Of a stretch of DNA of 64,000 nucleotides, positions 63,630 through 64,000 are shown one piece after another. The notes under the pieces were generated by a model that saw only the letters and a program-made list of their open reading frames with translations, searched no databases and was not told the origin of the DNA. This DNA comes from an uncultured Methylomirabilota bacterium (GTDB lineage Bacteria; Methylomirabilota; Methylomirabilia; Methylomirabilales; 2-02-FULL-66-22): positions 4,256,001 to 4,320,000 of the forward strand of contig OY970067.1 of NCBI GenBank assembly GCA_963705305.1. The letters are read 5' to 3'. The position numbers were made by a program, and so were the translations under genes. Position 1 is the stretch's first letter; each line of letters begins with the position of its first letter.

Positions 63630-63815
63630 TCCTCAGCACCCCTGCTCCCGAGCGCAGCGGTGCGCCCCCTCCCTCCGGGGTGGAGCCCCTACGGGGTGGA
63701 ACCCGGACCGCAGGCTGACCCCTGACCTCTGACCTCTGACTACTAGTTTTTGCGCCATGCCCCCTGCTCTCTGCCCTCTGCTCTTTGCCCCGTGCCCCGC
63801 GCCCTATGCGCTTCG
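63630..63815. repeat. Mosaic repeat block
   Basis: Near-identical to 61141-61225 (cctcagcacccctgc...ggagcccctacggggtggaacccgg), then ctgacccctgacctctgacctctgactact as at 62274. Confidence 0.82.
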
Positions 63816-63911
63816 CAATCTGGTCAAAAACGTCGAATGTCCCCTAAATTCACAGGTTGGGGACGGTCTTGAAGTCCACCTGGATGGAGCGTGGTCCCAG
63901 CATGGATGCCC

Positions 63912-63959
63912 TTGACCTGTGATAAGAGGGCTGGTACTGTCTTGACCGTCTAGACGGTC
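63912..63959 (+). promoter_or_regulatory. Candidate sigma70 promoter followed by a perfect 16-bp palindrome
   Basis: TTGACC-17 nt-TACTGT; GACCGTCTAGACGGTC at 63944-63959. Confidence 0.6.
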
Positions 63960-64000
63960 TAGGCAGCCTTAGTCGTCTTGGGGGGCGTTCAGATGAAACC

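Overview
High-GC bacterial chromosome segment in three parts. (1) 1-44 kb is mostly housekeeping and metabolic: aroB-roadblock-efp-accB-accC-thiE, a dedA/sphingomyelin-synthase-like/GT4/GT2 lipid cassette, a branched-chain-amino-acid-type ABC transporter, a MerR-led Fe-S/redox run (iscA, nuoB, korAB, glcDEF, peroxiredoxin, nuoI, sod), and gltBD with a divergent LysR. It also carries a RAYT-type Y1 transposase bounded by a perfect 23-bp inverted repeat and an intact IS1380. (2) 44-64 kb is an accessory region of small toxin-antitoxin and defence-like modules separated by mosaic 7/8/9-nt-period repeat blocks. (3) Within it, a ~12-kb Tn7-like element (47055-59101) has split a vapC toxin gene. The element encodes a TnsA-TnsB fusion whose TnsA active site looks degenerate, TnsC, and two tandem full-length TniQ/TnsD paralogs with repeated C-terminal HTH-like modules. 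No cas genes or CRISPR array were seen. A GC-rich ~200-250-nt element with compensatory base changes occurs in two clear copies and one related copy. Single-base frameshifts in housekeeping genes (thiE, sod) suggest assembly indel errors, so pseudogene calls need read-level checks. All gene calls are from motif recognition by eye; no searches were run.
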